From NCBI GenBank assembly GCA_021731005.1, contig JAKFYF010000081.1, positions 1-51,837 of the forward strand: DNA of 51,837 nt, read 5' to 3'. Positions within the stretch are counted from its first letter, which is position 1. Each line of letters begins with the position of its first letter. The DNA is from Hyphomonadaceae bacterium (GTDB taxonomy: Bacteria > Pseudomonadota > Alphaproteobacteria > Caulobacterales > Aquidulcibacteraceae). Of the stretch, positions 27,759 through 37,846 are shown in pieces. The position numbers were made by a program, and so were the translations under genes. Below the pieces are notes generated by a model. It was not told where the DNA came from. It worked only from the letters and a program-made list of their open reading frames with translations, and did no database searches.

Positions 27759-30251
27759 ATGATGGATCTGCGCCCTTACAAGAAGTCCGGCACGCAACTC
27801 AGCGATTTCCTGCCCTGGGCTGCGTTGATCGCGCCGGGCGTGGTCCTCAGCAAGGACGGCGCCTTCCAGCGCACCATGGCGTTTCGCGGTCCCGACCTCG
27901 ATTCCTCGACGCCGTCCGAACTGATGGGGGCGTCCGCGCGGCTCAACAACGCGTTCCGCCGATTGGGGTCCGGCTGGTGTCTTCATGTCGAGGCGCGCCG
28001 CGCGCCCGCACCGGGCTATCCGGACTCGGTATGGCCCGACGCCTTGTCTTGGCTCATCGATGAAGAGCGCCGCGCCGTGTTCGAGGCCGCCGGTGCGCGA
28101 TTCGAGAGCGCCTATTTCTTCACGCTGACATGGCTGCCTCCCGCTGAGCGCCAAACCCGGCTGGAAAGCTTTCTGTTCGAAGGCGCGCAGGATGGCGCGA
28201 GCGCGCCGACAGCTTCTGTCGATTATCGCCAGCATCTCGACCGCTTCACCAACGAGACCGATCAGATCCTGTCTCTGATGGAGACGCTCGCGCCCGAAGC
28301 GCGCTGGCTCGATGATGAGGAGACGCTGACCTATCTGCACGATTGCGTCTCCGATCGTCCCCATCGGGTGGCCAGACCGGACACGCCCTTCCATCTCGAC
28401 GCGCTTTTGACCGACGCGCCGCTCGTGGGTGGTCTCGCGCCGTGCCTTGGGCGCCATCATCTGCGGGTCATTTCGGTGCGCAGCCTCGTGACGGAGACGG
28501 AGCCCGGCTTTCTCGATGCACTCAATCGGCTGGCGATCTCCTATCGCTGGGTCAGCCGCTTCATTCCGCTCGACCGGGAAGAGGCGCGCCGCGAACTGGA
28601 GAAGACCCGCAAGCGCTGGTTCTCGAAACGCAAAGGCCTTCTGACCTTGCTGCGGGAAGCTCTTTTCAGGGAAGAGGCGCTGCTGGTCGACAATGACGCC
28701 GCCAACCAAGCCGCCGACGCCGACACCGCGCTGCAGGAACTCGGCGCCGATGCTGTCAGCGCGGGCTATGCCACACTCACCATCACCGTCGCCGATGCAA
28801 GCGAGGATATGGCCGACGATGCGGTGCGCCAGATCCAACAGATCGCCGATGGCCTGGGCTTCGTCACGCAAGTTGAGTCCGTCAATGCCGTGGAAGCCTG
28901 GCTCGGCTCATTGCCTGGACAGGCCTACGCCGATGCACGCCGGCCGATCCTCCTGTCGCCCAGTCTCGCGCATTTGCTGCCGCTCAGCGCGGTCTGGGCG
29001 GGGCCGCACGGCAATACGCATCTGAATGGGCCACCACTCATGCTCACGGCGACGGATGGCGCAACGCCGTTCCGGCTCGATCTCCATGTCGGCGATGTCG
29101 GTCACACCATGATCGTCGGGCCAACCGGCGCGGGCAAATCGGTGCTGCTCGCAACGCTAGCCGCGCAATGGCTGCGCTACACGTCGTGTCATCCTGCGGG
29201 TGCGCAGATCTATCTGTTCGACAAGGGGCGCTCGTGCCGCGCCACTATTCTCGCCCTCGGCGGCGACTTCTTCGATCTGGGCGAGGCCGATGCGTTGGGC
29301 TTGCAGCCGCTTGAACATGTGCATGAGCCGGATGAACGCGCCTGGGCGCAAGACTGGCTCGTCGGTCTGATCGCTTCGGCCAATGTGACCGTGACGCCCG
29401 AGGTGCGCACGGAAGTGTGGCGCGTTCTGGAATTGCTGGCTGATCGGCCGTTGGAGGACCGGACGCTGACCTTGTTTGCGGCGTTGATGCAGAACCAGGA
29501 CGTCCGCGCCGCGCTTCATCCGTTCACGCAAGGAGGCGCGCACGGCCGGCTCATCGACCACGATCGATCAACCTTGGGCTATGGGCCGGTCCAGGCGTTC
29601 GAGATGGATGATGTGTTGCGCCGTCCCGAAGCGGCGGGCGCGGTGCTCGGCGCGCTTTTTCATGCCTTGGAGAAACGCTTCGACGGGCGCCCGACCATGC
29701 TCGTCCTCGACGAGGCCTGGCTCTTCCTCAAGGACGCCTTCTTCGCAGCCCAGATTCAAGATTGGCTGAAGACGCTTCGAAAGCGCAACGTGGCCGTCGT
29801 GTTCGCAAGCCAGGAACTGGCCGATGTCGAACACTCTTCCATCGCCTCCACCATCATCGAAGCCTGCCCGACGCGCATTTACTTGCCGAACGATCGCGCA
29901 CGCGAGCCGCATTCGCGCGCTTTCTACGCCGCCTTGGGCTTGAACGGTCGCCAGATCGATCTCATCGCAAGTGCGACGCCCAAGCGCGACTATTACCTCG
30001 TCAGCCGCGATGGCTGCCGGCTGTTCGAATTGGGCCTTGGGCCTGCGTCGCTCGCTTTTGTCGGCGCGTCCCGTCCCGAGGATCACACGCTGATGGATCG
30101 TGTGTTGGCCGAGCACGGCGCAAGCGCCTTTGCCGAAGAATGGCTCGACCTGCGCGGACAGCGCGAAGCGGCTGACGCGGTGCGGCGTTTCAAGGCGCGC
30201 GCATCCCCGCGCGTCACTGATGAGCCCAAGGTCCGGATCGCTGCAGAATAG
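27759..30251 (+). CDS. trbE: Conjugal transfer ATPase TrbE/VirB4
   Basis: DFLPWAAL, FRGPDLDS, DVGHTMIVGPTGAGKS, LDEAW, WLKTLRK. Confidence 0.96.
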   Translation: MMDLRPYKKSGTQLSDFLPWAALIAPGVVLSKDGAFQRTMAFRGPDLDSSTPSELMGASARLNNAFRRLGSGWCLHVEARRAPAPGYPDSVWPDALSWLIDEERRAVFEAAGARFESAYFFTLTWLPPAERQTRLESFLFEGAQDGASAPTASVDYRQHLDRFTNETDQILSLMETLAPEARWLDDEETLTYLHDCVSDRPHRVARPDTPFHLDALLTDAPLVGGLAPCLGRHHLRVISVRSLVTETEPGFLDALNRLAISYRWVSRFIPLDREEARRELEKTRKRWFSKRKGLLTLLREALFREEALLVDNDAANQAADADTALQELGADAVSAGYATLTITVADASEDMADDAVRQIQQIADGLGFVTQVESVNAVEAWLGSLPGQAYADARRPILLSPSLAHLLPLSAVWAGPHGNTHLNGPPLMLTATDGATPFRLDLHVGDVGHTMIVGPTGAGKSVLLATLAAQWLRYTSCHPAGAQIYLFDKGRSCRATILALGGDFFDLGEADALGLQPLEHVHEPDERAWAQDWLVGLIASANVTVTPEVRTEVWRVLELLADRPLEDRTLTLFAALMQNQDVRAALHPFTQGGAHGRLIDHDRSTLGYGPVQAFEMDDVLRRPEAAGAVLGALFHALEKRFDGRPTMLVLDEAWLFLKDAFFAAQIQDWLKTLRKRNVAVVFASQELADVEHSSIASTIIEACPTRIYLPNDRAREPHSRAFYAALGLNGRQIDLIASATPKRDYYLVSRDGCRLFELGLGPASLAFVGASRPEDHTLMDRVLAEHGASAFAEEWLDLRGQREAADAVRRFKARASPRVTDEPKVRIAAE

Positions 30252-30260
30252 GAGGCGCGT

Positions 30261-30980
30261 ATGAAACGGAGAACAAGAACTGGAATGGCCGCCTTGGCGA
30301 TCTGCCTGATGCTTGGCGTGCAGCCGACGCCGCCCGCATCGGCGCAAATCCCGGTCATCGATCCCGCCAATCTTGCACAGTCGATCACGCAGGTGACGCA
30401 CATGGTGCAGCAATTGCGCAACCAAGTGCAGCAGATCGAGCAAGCGACGGCGATGCTGCGGCAGAATCCGCTCCAGCTCTCACCCGAGCTCTCGCAGTCG
30501 ATCGGGGAAGCCCGCGCGCTGTTCAACAGTGTGCAAGGCGTCGCCTTCGAGGCTCATCAGCTCGGCGAGGATTTGCGCACCCTCTATCCAGAGACCTGGG
30601 AGAATTTCGATCTCGAAGAGGTTCTGGGTCAGTCGGACCAGTGGATGGCGGAAAGCCGCCGCAGCCTTGAACGCGCGATGGCGGCCGAAGCGCGCGCGGC
30701 GGCTTCGATCGGACGCACGCAAGGCGCCATCGATCGTGCGCTGCAATCGTCCGGTAGCTCGGAAGGTCAGACCGGCGCCATCCAGGCCGGCAATCAGCTC
30801 TTAGGCATTCAGGCCTCGCAGCTTGCGGAGATTCACACGCTGCTGATTGCGCAGGGCCGCGCGCTTGAAACTGAACGCCTGGAGCGGATCGCGCGCGAAG
30901 AGCGCGCCCGCGAAATTCAGCGGCGCGCTTTCCCGACCGAAACCTCAGGCACGCTGCCACCAGCGCGCACGGCGTTCTGA
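30261..30980 (+). CDS. trbJ: Conjugal transfer protein TrbJ/VirB5
   Basis: Signal peptide, VIDPANLAQ, GAIQAGNQLL. Confidence 0.9.
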   Translation: MKRRTRTGMAALAICLMLGVQPTPPASAQIPVIDPANLAQSITQVTHMVQQLRNQVQQIEQATAMLRQNPLQLSPELSQSIGEARALFNSVQGVAFEAHQLGEDLRTLYPETWENFDLEEVLGQSDQWMAESRRSLERAMAAEARAAASIGRTQGAIDRALQSSGSSEGQTGAIQAGNQLLGIQASQLAEIHTLLIAQGRALETERLERIAREERAREIQRRAFPTETSGTLPPARTAF

Positions 30981-30996
30981 GCGAGGGCGCCGCGCG

Positions 30997-32037
30997 ATGG
31001 ATCCGGCATCGGTCAATTCTTTCCTCGATCAGTTTCTGGCTGTCGCCAATTCCGGCTTCGGCCTGATCCAGGGCGATGTGACTTATGTCCTGAATGCGCT
31101 GATCGTCATTTCGATCGTGCTGGCGGGCGCCCAATGGGCGTTGGCGCAGGAGGCGCCGCTCGCGCCCTTCTTCCGCAAGGTGCTATTCGTCTCGTTCTTC
31201 GCCTTCCTCATCAACAATTGGAATTTCCTCGCCACCGCCATCAATCAATCGGGCGCCATGCTTGGCCTGCGCGCCGGCGGGGGCGGGCTCACCATGGCGG
31301 AGCTGCACAATCCCGGCCGCGTGGGGCAGATCGGCGTCGAGCTTTTCGGCCGCACCGCGGCGCTCGCCGAAGGCATGAACATCCTCACCGACTTCTTCGC
31401 GATGATGACAATCTTCCTCGCGGCGTTCTTCGTCATGCTCGGTTTCTTCGTGCTGGCGCTGCAGCTCTTCGTGGTGCTGATCGCGTTCAAACTCGGTTCT
31501 CTGGTCGCGTTCGTGGCGTTGCCCTGGGGCGTGTTCAACGGCACGGCCTGGGTGGCGGAGCGACCGCTTGGCTGGGTGGTGGGCTCGGCCATGCGCCTCT
31601 TCGTGCTGGCCTTTGTCGCGTCGGTCGCCATCACGTTCGTCAACACATTGCCCGCGACCTTCACGCTTGACGCCGGGGGCGTGCTCAATGTGCTTCTGTT
31701 CGGCGCCACTGTTCTGGCGCTCTCCTGGTTCGCGCCCATTCTCGCGAGCGAGGTCGTCCAGGGACAGCCGCATCTGGCGGGACCGGCTGTCGCCGGCGCC
31801 GCCGCGGTCACCACCGTGCTTGGCGTCGCCGGTACGACAGCCTTCGTTTCCAACGCCACAAAACTCGCCGTTGGCGGCGCAAGAATGATTGGCGGCGCGG
31901 CGAAATCGGCGGGTCGCCGCTTCTCAAGCGGCGGCGGGCCTCAAGGCGCTGCACGGCCCGCCATCGACTATGCCGGCATGAAGCCGCCGCCACCGCCGCC
32001 GCCTGCAACGCCGCCATCTGGAGGAAGTAGTACATGA
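30997..32037 (+). CDS. trbL: Conjugal transfer protein TrbL/VirB6
   Basis: SGFGLIQGDV, KVLFV.FFAFLINNW, AFKLG, AERPLG; Gly/Pro-rich tail. Confidence 0.92.
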   Translation: MDPASVNSFLDQFLAVANSGFGLIQGDVTYVLNALIVISIVLAGAQWALAQEAPLAPFFRKVLFVSFFAFLINNWNFLATAINQSGAMLGLRAGGGGLTMAELHNPGRVGQIGVELFGRTAALAEGMNILTDFFAMMTIFLAAFFVMLGFFVLALQLFVVLIAFKLGSLVAFVALPWGVFNGTAWVAERPLGWVVGSAMRLFVLAFVASVAITFVNTLPATFTLDAGGVLNVLLFGATVLALSWFAPILASEVVQGQPHLAGPAVAGAAAVTTVLGVAGTTAFVSNATKLAVGGARMIGGAAKSAGRRFSSGGGPQGAARPAIDYAGMKPPPPPPPATPPSGGSST

Positions 32038-32717
32038 GGACGCCGTTCACGGCGCCGGCGCAATCCTATGCCGGCGACGAGCCCGACACGCCCTATAAGC
32101 GCGCGCGCCAGGAATGGGACCGGCGCATGGGTGCGGCGGTCATTTCCGCGCGCGCTTGGCGTCTGATGGCGATGGCGGGACTTCTCCTCTCCGCAGGCCT
32201 TGCGCTCGCGCTCACGATCGTCGCGCTGCAGAGCCGAACCTTTGTGCATGTCGTCGAGGTCTCGCCCGAAGGCCAGGTGCTCAATGTACGCGCCGCGAGC
32301 GGCGAATGGCGCGCGACCGAAGCGCAGACCGCATATCATCTAGGGCGCTTCGTGCGTCTCGTGCGGGCTTTGCCAACCGATGGCGTGGTGCTGCGCGAGA
32401 ACTGGCTGGAAGCGTACAAATTCCTGACGCCGCAGGCGGCGGCGCAATTGACCGAGATCGCACGCGCGGACGATCCGTTCCTGAGCCTAGGGCGCGTCGG
32501 ACGCACCGTCCATATTCGCTCGATCATCCAGCGTTCCGATCGATCCTGGGAAGTCTCCTGGATCGAGCGCGAGACCAATGCGACCGGATCGCCCGATGGC
32601 GAGGCCTATAGTGGCGTCTTCTCCGTCACGACGCGCCGCCCACGCACCGCCGATGAGATCGCCAGTAATCCGCTCGGTCTGCTCATCTCCGATTTCAGCT
32701 GGAGCCGGGTGCGATGA
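32034..32717 (+). CDS. trbF: Conjugal transfer protein TrbF/VirB8
   Basis: TPYKRARQEWDRRMG, NW..AY.FLT, NPLGL...DFSWSR. Confidence 0.93.
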   Translation: MRTPFTAPAQSYAGDEPDTPYKRARQEWDRRMGAAVISARAWRLMAMAGLLLSAGLALALTIVALQSRTFVHVVEVSPEGQVLNVRAASGEWRATEAQTAYHLGRFVRLVRALPTDGVVLRENWLEAYKFLTPQAAAQLTEIARADDPFLSLGRVGRTVHIRSIIQRSDRSWEVSWIERETNATGSPDGEAYSGVFSVTTRRPRTADEIASNPLGLLISDFSWSRVR

Positions 32718-33598
32718 TGCGTTTGATATTCGTAAGCCTGTCGCTGGCGCTGATGCTGTCGCCGCCAACGGCCATGGCGCAGGAGGTGAGCGCCGATCAA
32801 TGTCCCGCCTTGAGCGCCGCCGTATTGGAGGCGCCGCGCCGTGGCCGGCGCGAACCGACGCCCACCGAATTGCTCGCACGCGCCAATGAGGCGGCGCGCC
32901 AGCGCCCCGAGACGACAAGTTTCACGCAGGCGCGGCAGGTCTACACCTATGCGCCCGGCGCCATCTATGAGCTCTACACCAGCCCCAGCTTCATCTCCGC
33001 CATCCTGCTCGAACCCGGCGAGACTCTGGGCGATGTCGCCGCCGGCGATACGTCGCGCTGGATGGTGCAGGAGACCAGCGCGGAAGCCGAGATCGATGGG
33101 CGCACCATTGTGCTGGTGAAGCCCCAGACGACCGGCCTTCGCACCAATATCGTTCTCGTCACCGACCGGCGCACCTACACGATCGAAGCGATTGCGCAGG
33201 CAGGCTCTGCCTATTCTGCACAAATCGCCTGGTGCTATCCTGCCGAAGAAGAGGCGCGGATGGCGAGCGTCGATCAACTCCATTTCGGCTACCGCGTCCG
33301 CACCGTGCGCGGCGGCAGACCAAATTGGATGCCGACCCGCGTGTTCGACGATGGCCGGCGCACCTGGATTGAAATGCCGGAAGCGGTCGCATCGAGCGAT
33401 CTGCCGCCGCTCTTTGTCATCACCGGCGAGGGCGCCGAACTCGTGAATTATCGCGTGCAGGGCCAGCGCTACATGGTCGACCGCATCTTCGATGTCGCCG
33501 AATTGCGCCTCGGCACGCGTGCGCCAACGATCGTGCGCATCGAACGCGAAGGCGCGCCGACCCAGCGCCGGCCCGCGCGCCTCGGAGGTCGGCCGTGA
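32714..33598 (+). CDS. trbG: Conjugal transfer protein TrbG/VirB9
   Basis: AAGDTSRW, LVKP, TDRRTY, VFDDGRRT.I, PPLFV, LVNYRV. Confidence 0.93.
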   Translation: MMRLIFVSLSLALMLSPPTAMAQEVSADQCPALSAAVLEAPRRGRREPTPTELLARANEAARQRPETTSFTQARQVYTYAPGAIYELYTSPSFISAILLEPGETLGDVAAGDTSRWMVQETSAEAEIDGRTIVLVKPQTTGLRTNIVLVTDRRTYTIEAIAQAGSAYSAQIAWCYPAEEEARMASVDQLHFGYRVRTVRGGRPNWMPTRVFDDGRRTWIEMPEAVASSDLPPLFVITGEGAELVNYRVQGQRYMVDRIFDVAELRLGTRAPTIVRIEREGAPTQRRPARLGGRP

Positions 33599-34698
33599 CC
33601 GCAACCTATGAGGCGCCAGCGCCAGAACCGGGGCCCGATCTCTCGATCCGCGCGCGTCCGCCCAGTCCGCGTCGGCTGTCGCGCAAGGTGCTGATGGCCG
33701 GCGCCATCATCGCCGCCTCCATCGTCACGCTCGCGCTCTTCATCGGTCTGAGCGAACGCCCCGAGCGCGAGGTGCGCCAGGCCGACGCGCAAGCAGCGGC
33801 GAGCGGGCCGCCGGAATCGATCCGCAACGCATCCGGTCAATATGCAGCGGGCGATCTGCCGCGCGCCGAACTTGATGCGCCGCGCGACATGCTCTGGGGC
33901 GAGAACGGTCCGCCACAAGGCGCAACGCTGGAGCCGCCCGCGGATGCGGCGTGGTCAGGTCCGCCCCGCGGCGCCGATACAAGCGCGCGTGCGGCGCCGC
34001 CAGACCCGCAGGCTCTGGCGCGAACTTCGCCAATCATCTTTGACGGACGAGATCGCGCCACGGCGTCTCTAGCCGCCGATGCAGGCGAAGCGCGTCTCGA
34101 TGCGCGCCTGATGCCGCCGCGCTCCCGCTATGAGCTGATGGCGGGCGCGGTGGTGCCGGCCGCGCTCATCACCGAACTCAATTCCGAACAGCCGGGCCGC
34201 GCTATCGCGCAGGTGACGGCCAACGTCTATGACAGCGTCTCCGGCGCGCATCTGCTGATCCCGCAGGGAGCGCGGCTCATCGGGACATATGACGCGGACA
34301 CATCCTACGGCGAACGCCGGCTCGTGCTCATCTGGAACCGGCTTATCTTTCCCAATGGCTGGAGCATTTCCTTGCGCGGCATGGAGGGGAGCGATCCGAC
34401 CGGCGCTGCGGGCCTGCGCGACCGCCTCGATAATCATCTGGGCCGTCTCGCCGGCGCCATCGGGCTTTCCGCCATCGTCAGCGTGATCGCCGACAATGCG
34501 GAAGACGATGATGAAAACTCGTTTGCCCAGAGTGTTGGCGATGCGGCGGCGTCGGAGGCCGCGCGCACCGGCGGTCGCATCGTCGATCGCGAACTCGGCG
34601 TGAGACCCACCATCCGCGTCCGCGCCGGTGGCTCCGTGCGCTTGTTGGTGTCGCGCGACATTCAGTTGCGGCCTTACCGGGAAGACCGGAGACGATGA
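33595..34698 (+). CDS. trbI: Conjugal transfer protein TrbI/VirB10
   Basis: AGAVVPAALIT.LNS..PG...AQV..NVYDS, LLIPQGARLIG, WNRLIFPNG, G.AGL.D..DNH. Confidence 0.93.
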   Translation: MTATYEAPAPEPGPDLSIRARPPSPRRLSRKVLMAGAIIAASIVTLALFIGLSERPEREVRQADAQAAASGPPESIRNASGQYAAGDLPRAELDAPRDMLWGENGPPQGATLEPPADAAWSGPPRGADTSARAAPPDPQALARTSPIIFDGRDRATASLAADAGEARLDARLMPPRSRYELMAGAVVPAALITELNSEQPGRAIAQVTANVYDSVSGAHLLIPQGARLIGTYDADTSYGERRLVLIWNRLIFPNGWSISLRGMEGSDPTGAAGLRDRLDNHLGRLAGAIGLSAIVSVIADNAEDDDENSFAQSVGDAAASEAARTGGRIVDRELGVRPTIRVRAGGSVRLLVSRDIQLRPYREDRRR

Positions 34699-35012
34699 AG
34701 GTTCCGGCTGACCTTGTGCCGCAAAAGGTGGTGGCGGACGATCTTTGCGTGAGCCTCGCCACGCTCTGGCGCGCGCGCCGTAGCAACCTTCCGGGTTTTC
34801 CCGCGCCGGTCATCGTCCGCAACATGGTGTTCTGGAGGAAGGCCGATCTCGGCAAGCTGGAGGATGCGCTGCTGCAGTTCCAAGGGCGCGGCAAGTTCGA
34901 ACAGGAGCGCGAGCGGTCAAAACGCATCGCCGCCATGACGAAGGCCCGCCCGCAACCCAAGCGCATCAAACGCACGCGCCGTCCGGACGACCGCCAGCGC
35001 GATCTCTTTTGA
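34695..35012 (+). CDS. Small AlpA/excisionase-like DNA-binding protein
   Basis: VADDLCVSLATLWRARR...GFPAPV......FWR..DL winged-HTH pattern; ATGA-coupled to trbI; basic tail. Confidence 0.6.
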   Translation: MKVPADLVPQKVVADDLCVSLATLWRARRSNLPGFPAPVIVRNMVFWRKADLGKLEDALLQFQGRGKFEQERERSKRIAAMTKARPQPKRIKRTRRPDDRQRDLF

Positions 35013-35075
35013 TCCAATGGCGATGTGTCCGTCTTTCTTCTGCCTAAGGCGTATCGCGGGCGCAGGGTTCGCGGA

Positions 35076-36116
35076 TTAGCTCCAAACGCGGACCGCCTTA
35101 GGTGTTAATGTCACGCGGTCCTTGGGCGAGAGTTTGCCAGCCTCAGCGTGGTCGACCCGAACCTCCAGAGCTTCGCCGCTATCGAGGACGCAGTCGAGAC
35201 GCGCATCCGGCCCGGCGAGGAGAACGTTGCGCACTCGGGCAGCCAGCCCCGCACCTTCACCGCTTGCGACGCTAAAGCCATCAGGCCGAAGGTGTGCGAC
35301 CGCCGCGCCATTTCCCTCGGGCCGAGCGCCGACAATCGGCACGCCCGCCCCGGCGATGATGGCTATTCCGCCTTCGACCGTGCACGGCAATTGGACGCTG
35401 TCGCCAAGAAAATCGAACACAAAGGCGCTCGCCGGCTCGTGATAGAGTTCTTCCGGCGTGCCCACCTGTTCGAGCGCACCGTCTTTGAGCAGGGCGACGC
35501 GATCGGCAAGTTCGAGCGCTTCTTCCTGATCGTGCGTAACGAAGATGGTGGTGAGGCCGGTACGTTCGTGAAGGTCGCGCAGCCAACGGCGCAGTTCGCG
35601 TCGGACCTTGGCGTCCAACGCGCCGAAGGGCTCGTCGAGCAAAAGAATCTTCGGTTCAATGGCGAGCGCGCGCGCCAAGGCGACGCGCTGTCGCTGGCCG
35701 CCGGACAATTGGCTGGGATAGCGCCCGCCCAGGCCTTCGAGTTGCACGAGCGCGAGCAACTCCTCGACCTTCGCCTTGATCGCCGCTTCCGAGGCGCGGA
35801 CAGCGCGTGGCTTTGACCGCATGCCGAACGCAATGTTCTGAGCCGCGCTCATATGGCGGAACAGCGCGTAGTGCTGGAAGACAAAGCCGATGCCGCGCTC
35901 TCTTACAGGCTTTGCGAGCAGATTCTCATCGCGAAACCGCACCGAGCCTTGGTCCGCCGTTTCAAGCCCGGCGATCACACGCAGCAGCGTGGTCTTGCCA
36001 GAGCCGGACGGGCCCAAGAGCGCGAGGAACTCGCCATCCTCGGCGAACAATGAAACGTCCTGCAAGGCCGGGAAGCGGCCGAACGATTTGGCGATGTTGG
36101 AAATATCGAGCGACAT
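35076..36116 (-). CDS. cysA: Sulfate ABC transporter ATP-binding protein
   Basis: [42 protein letters not shown]. Confidence 0.95.
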   Translation of the reverse strand: MSLDISNIAKSFGRFPALQDVSLFAEDGEFLALLGPSGSGKTTLLRVIAGLETADQGSVRFRDENLLAKPVRERGIGFVFQHYALFRHMSAAQNIAFGMRSKPRAVRASEAAIKAKVEELLALVQLEGLGGRYPSQLSGGQRQRVALARALAIEPKILLLDEPFGALDAKVRRELRRWLRDLHERTGLTTIFVTHDQEEALELADRVALLKDGALEQVGTPEELYHEPASAFVFDFLGDSVQLPCTVEGGIAIIAGAGVPIVGARPEGNGAAVAHLRPDGFSVASGEGAGLAARVRNVLLAGPDARLDCVLDSGEALEVRVDHAEAGKLSPKDRVTLTPKAVRVWS

Positions 36117-36125
36117 GAGAATCCT

Positions 36126-36983
36126 TCAGCGCGTGCGCTGGGCGGCGAGTTCGTCCGCAAACTGCGCTTCGAGAAATGTCTTCACCGCGAGCGTGATGAG
36201 CGCGAACAGGGCAAGCAGTGAGGCGATCGCAAATGCGGCGACAAAGTTGTACTCGTTGTAAAGAATTTCGACGTGGAGCGGCATGGTGGCTGTCTTGCCG
36301 CGAATGTGGCCTGACACGACCGCTACGGCGCCGAATTCGCCCATGGCCCGCGCCGTGCACAATAGGACGCCATACATGAGCGCCCACTTTATGTTGGGCA
36401 GCGTCACGAAGAAGAAAGTGCGCCAGGCGCCGGCGCCCAAGGTGGCTGCTGCTGCTTCCTCATCGCTGCCTTGTTCCTGCATGAGCGGAATGAGCTCGCG
36501 GGCGACAAAGGGCAGAGTGACAAGGATTGTCGCCAGAACGATGCCGGTCACGGTGAAGATGACTTTGATCCCGAGCGCATCTAGGGTCGGACCGAACCAG
36601 CCATGGGCGCCATAGAGCAGGACATAGACGAGCCCCGAAATCACCGGCGAGATCGAGAAGGGCAAATCGATCAGCGTGACGAGCGCGCTCTTGCCCCAGA
36701 ACTCAAATTTGGTCACCGCCCACGCGGCGGCGATGCCGAAGATGGCGTTGAGCGGTACGGCGATCGCCGCGACCAACAGGGTGAGCCGGATGGCGGCGAG
36801 TGAGTCGGCATGTGTGACGCCTTCCACAAAGGGCTCAAGGCCGCGCCGCAATGCCTCAGCGAACACCGTCGCTAAAGGCAGGACGAGAACGAGCGCCAGA
36901 TAGGCGATGGCGATACCGATCAGGGCTGCGACGAGCACAGGCGGATCGCGGCGCGCTGGCGAGGTGGTGCGGGCTTGGCTCAT
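36126..36983 (-). CDS. cysW: Sulfate ABC transporter permease
   Basis: DLPFSISPVISG, PFVARELIPLMQEQG, ARAMGEFGAV, MPLHVEILYNEY. Confidence 0.95.
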   Translation of the reverse strand: MSQARTTSPARRDPPVLVAALIGIAIAYLALVLVLPLATVFAEALRRGLEPFVEGVTHADSLAAIRLTLLVAAIAVPLNAIFGIAAAWAVTKFEFWGKSALVTLIDLPFSISPVISGLVYVLLYGAHGWFGPTLDALGIKVIFTVTGIVLATILVTLPFVARELIPLMQEQGSDEEAAAATLGAGAWRTFFFVTLPNIKWALMYGVLLCTARAMGEFGAVAVVSGHIRGKTATMPLHVEILYNEYNFVAAFAIASLLALFALITLAVKTFLEAQFADELAAQRTR

Positions 36984-37846
36984 GCGCGCCCTCGCCGGCC
37001 TATCTGAGTCTGGAGAATATTGAGAACAAGCAGCAAGACGAGGGAGATCGTCAGCATGATGAGGCCCACGGCTGCGGCGCCGGCATAGTCAAACTCCTCC
37101 AGGCGAATGACGATAAGGAGCGGCGCGATTTCGGAGACATTGGGCAAATTGCCGGCAATGAAGATGACCGAGCCGTATTCGCCAACCGCTCGCGCGAACG
37201 CGAGCGAAAACCCAGCCAAAAGCGCGGGCAGAATAGCTGGCGCGATCACCGTCAGGATTGTTCGCAATCGGGTGGCGCCCAGAGTCGCCGCCGCTTCCTC
37301 GACTTCGACTTGGATGTCTTCAAGAACGGGCTGGATCGATCTGACGATGAAGGGGAAGCCCACGAAGACGAGCGCGACCATGACGCCGAGCGGCGTGTAG
37401 GCGATGCTGATGTCGAGCGGTGCAAACAATGCGCCGATGGCGCCGTTCGGCGCATAGATCGCGGCAAGTGATATGCCGGCCACCGCGGTTGGCAGCGCAA
37501 ACGGGAAATCGACAAAGGCGTCAAGCAGTCGCCGCCCCGGAAAATCGTAACGCACCAGAACCCAAGCGACGATGGTTCCGAAGACGGCGTTGATGCAGGC
37601 GGCGGCGAATGCTGCGCCGAAACTCAACTTCAACGCCGCTATGGTGCGGGGATGGGAGATGACGCCCCAAACATGATCAAGTCCCGCTTCCCAAGGGCGC
37701 AGCGCCAGCGCCGCGAGCGGCAGCAGGACGAAGAAGGAGAGATAGACGAGGGTGAAGCCGAGCGCTGGCCAGAACCCTGGCAAAGCGCTCGGCTCCACGA
37801 AGCGCCAAGCCCGGCGCCGCCGGAGACGAGGGAGGACGGCGGTCAC
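36980..37846 (-). CDS. cysT: Sulfate ABC transporter permease
   Basis: [41 protein letters not shown]. Confidence 0.95.
   Translation of the reverse strand: MTAVLPRLRRRRAWRFVEPSALPGFWPALGFTLVYLSFFVLLPLAALALRPWEAGLDHVWGVISHPRTIAALKLSFGAAFAAACINAVFGTIVAWVLVRYDFPGRRLLDAFVDFPFALPTAVAGISLAAIYAPNGAIGALFAPLDISIAYTPLGVMVALVFVGFPFIVRSIQPVLEDIQVEVEEAAATLGATRLRTILTVIAPAILPALLAGFSLAFARAVGEYGSVIFIAGNLPNVSEIAPLLIVIRLEEFDYAGAAAVGLIMLTISLVLLLVLNILQTQIGRRGRA

Larger units (their letters stand above)
23743..35012 (+). mobile_element. Tn4371/ICE-type conjugative transfer module (T4CP plus P-type Trb T4SS)
   Basis: Gene order traG-RHH-trbBCDEJLFGI; element ends, relaxase and integrase not seen in window. Confidence 0.85.

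Noticed and set aside
25098-28871. Long reverse ORFs (345, 394, 414 aa) opposite the tra/trb genes
   Set aside because: Antisense shadows of well-supported genes
31980-32020. CCG-rich run in trbL as a tandem repeat
   Set aside because: Encodes the ordinary Pro-rich low-complexity TrbL tail
35013-35075. Possible att site at the right end of the transfer module
   Set aside because: No tRNA fragment or matching direct repeat found by eye
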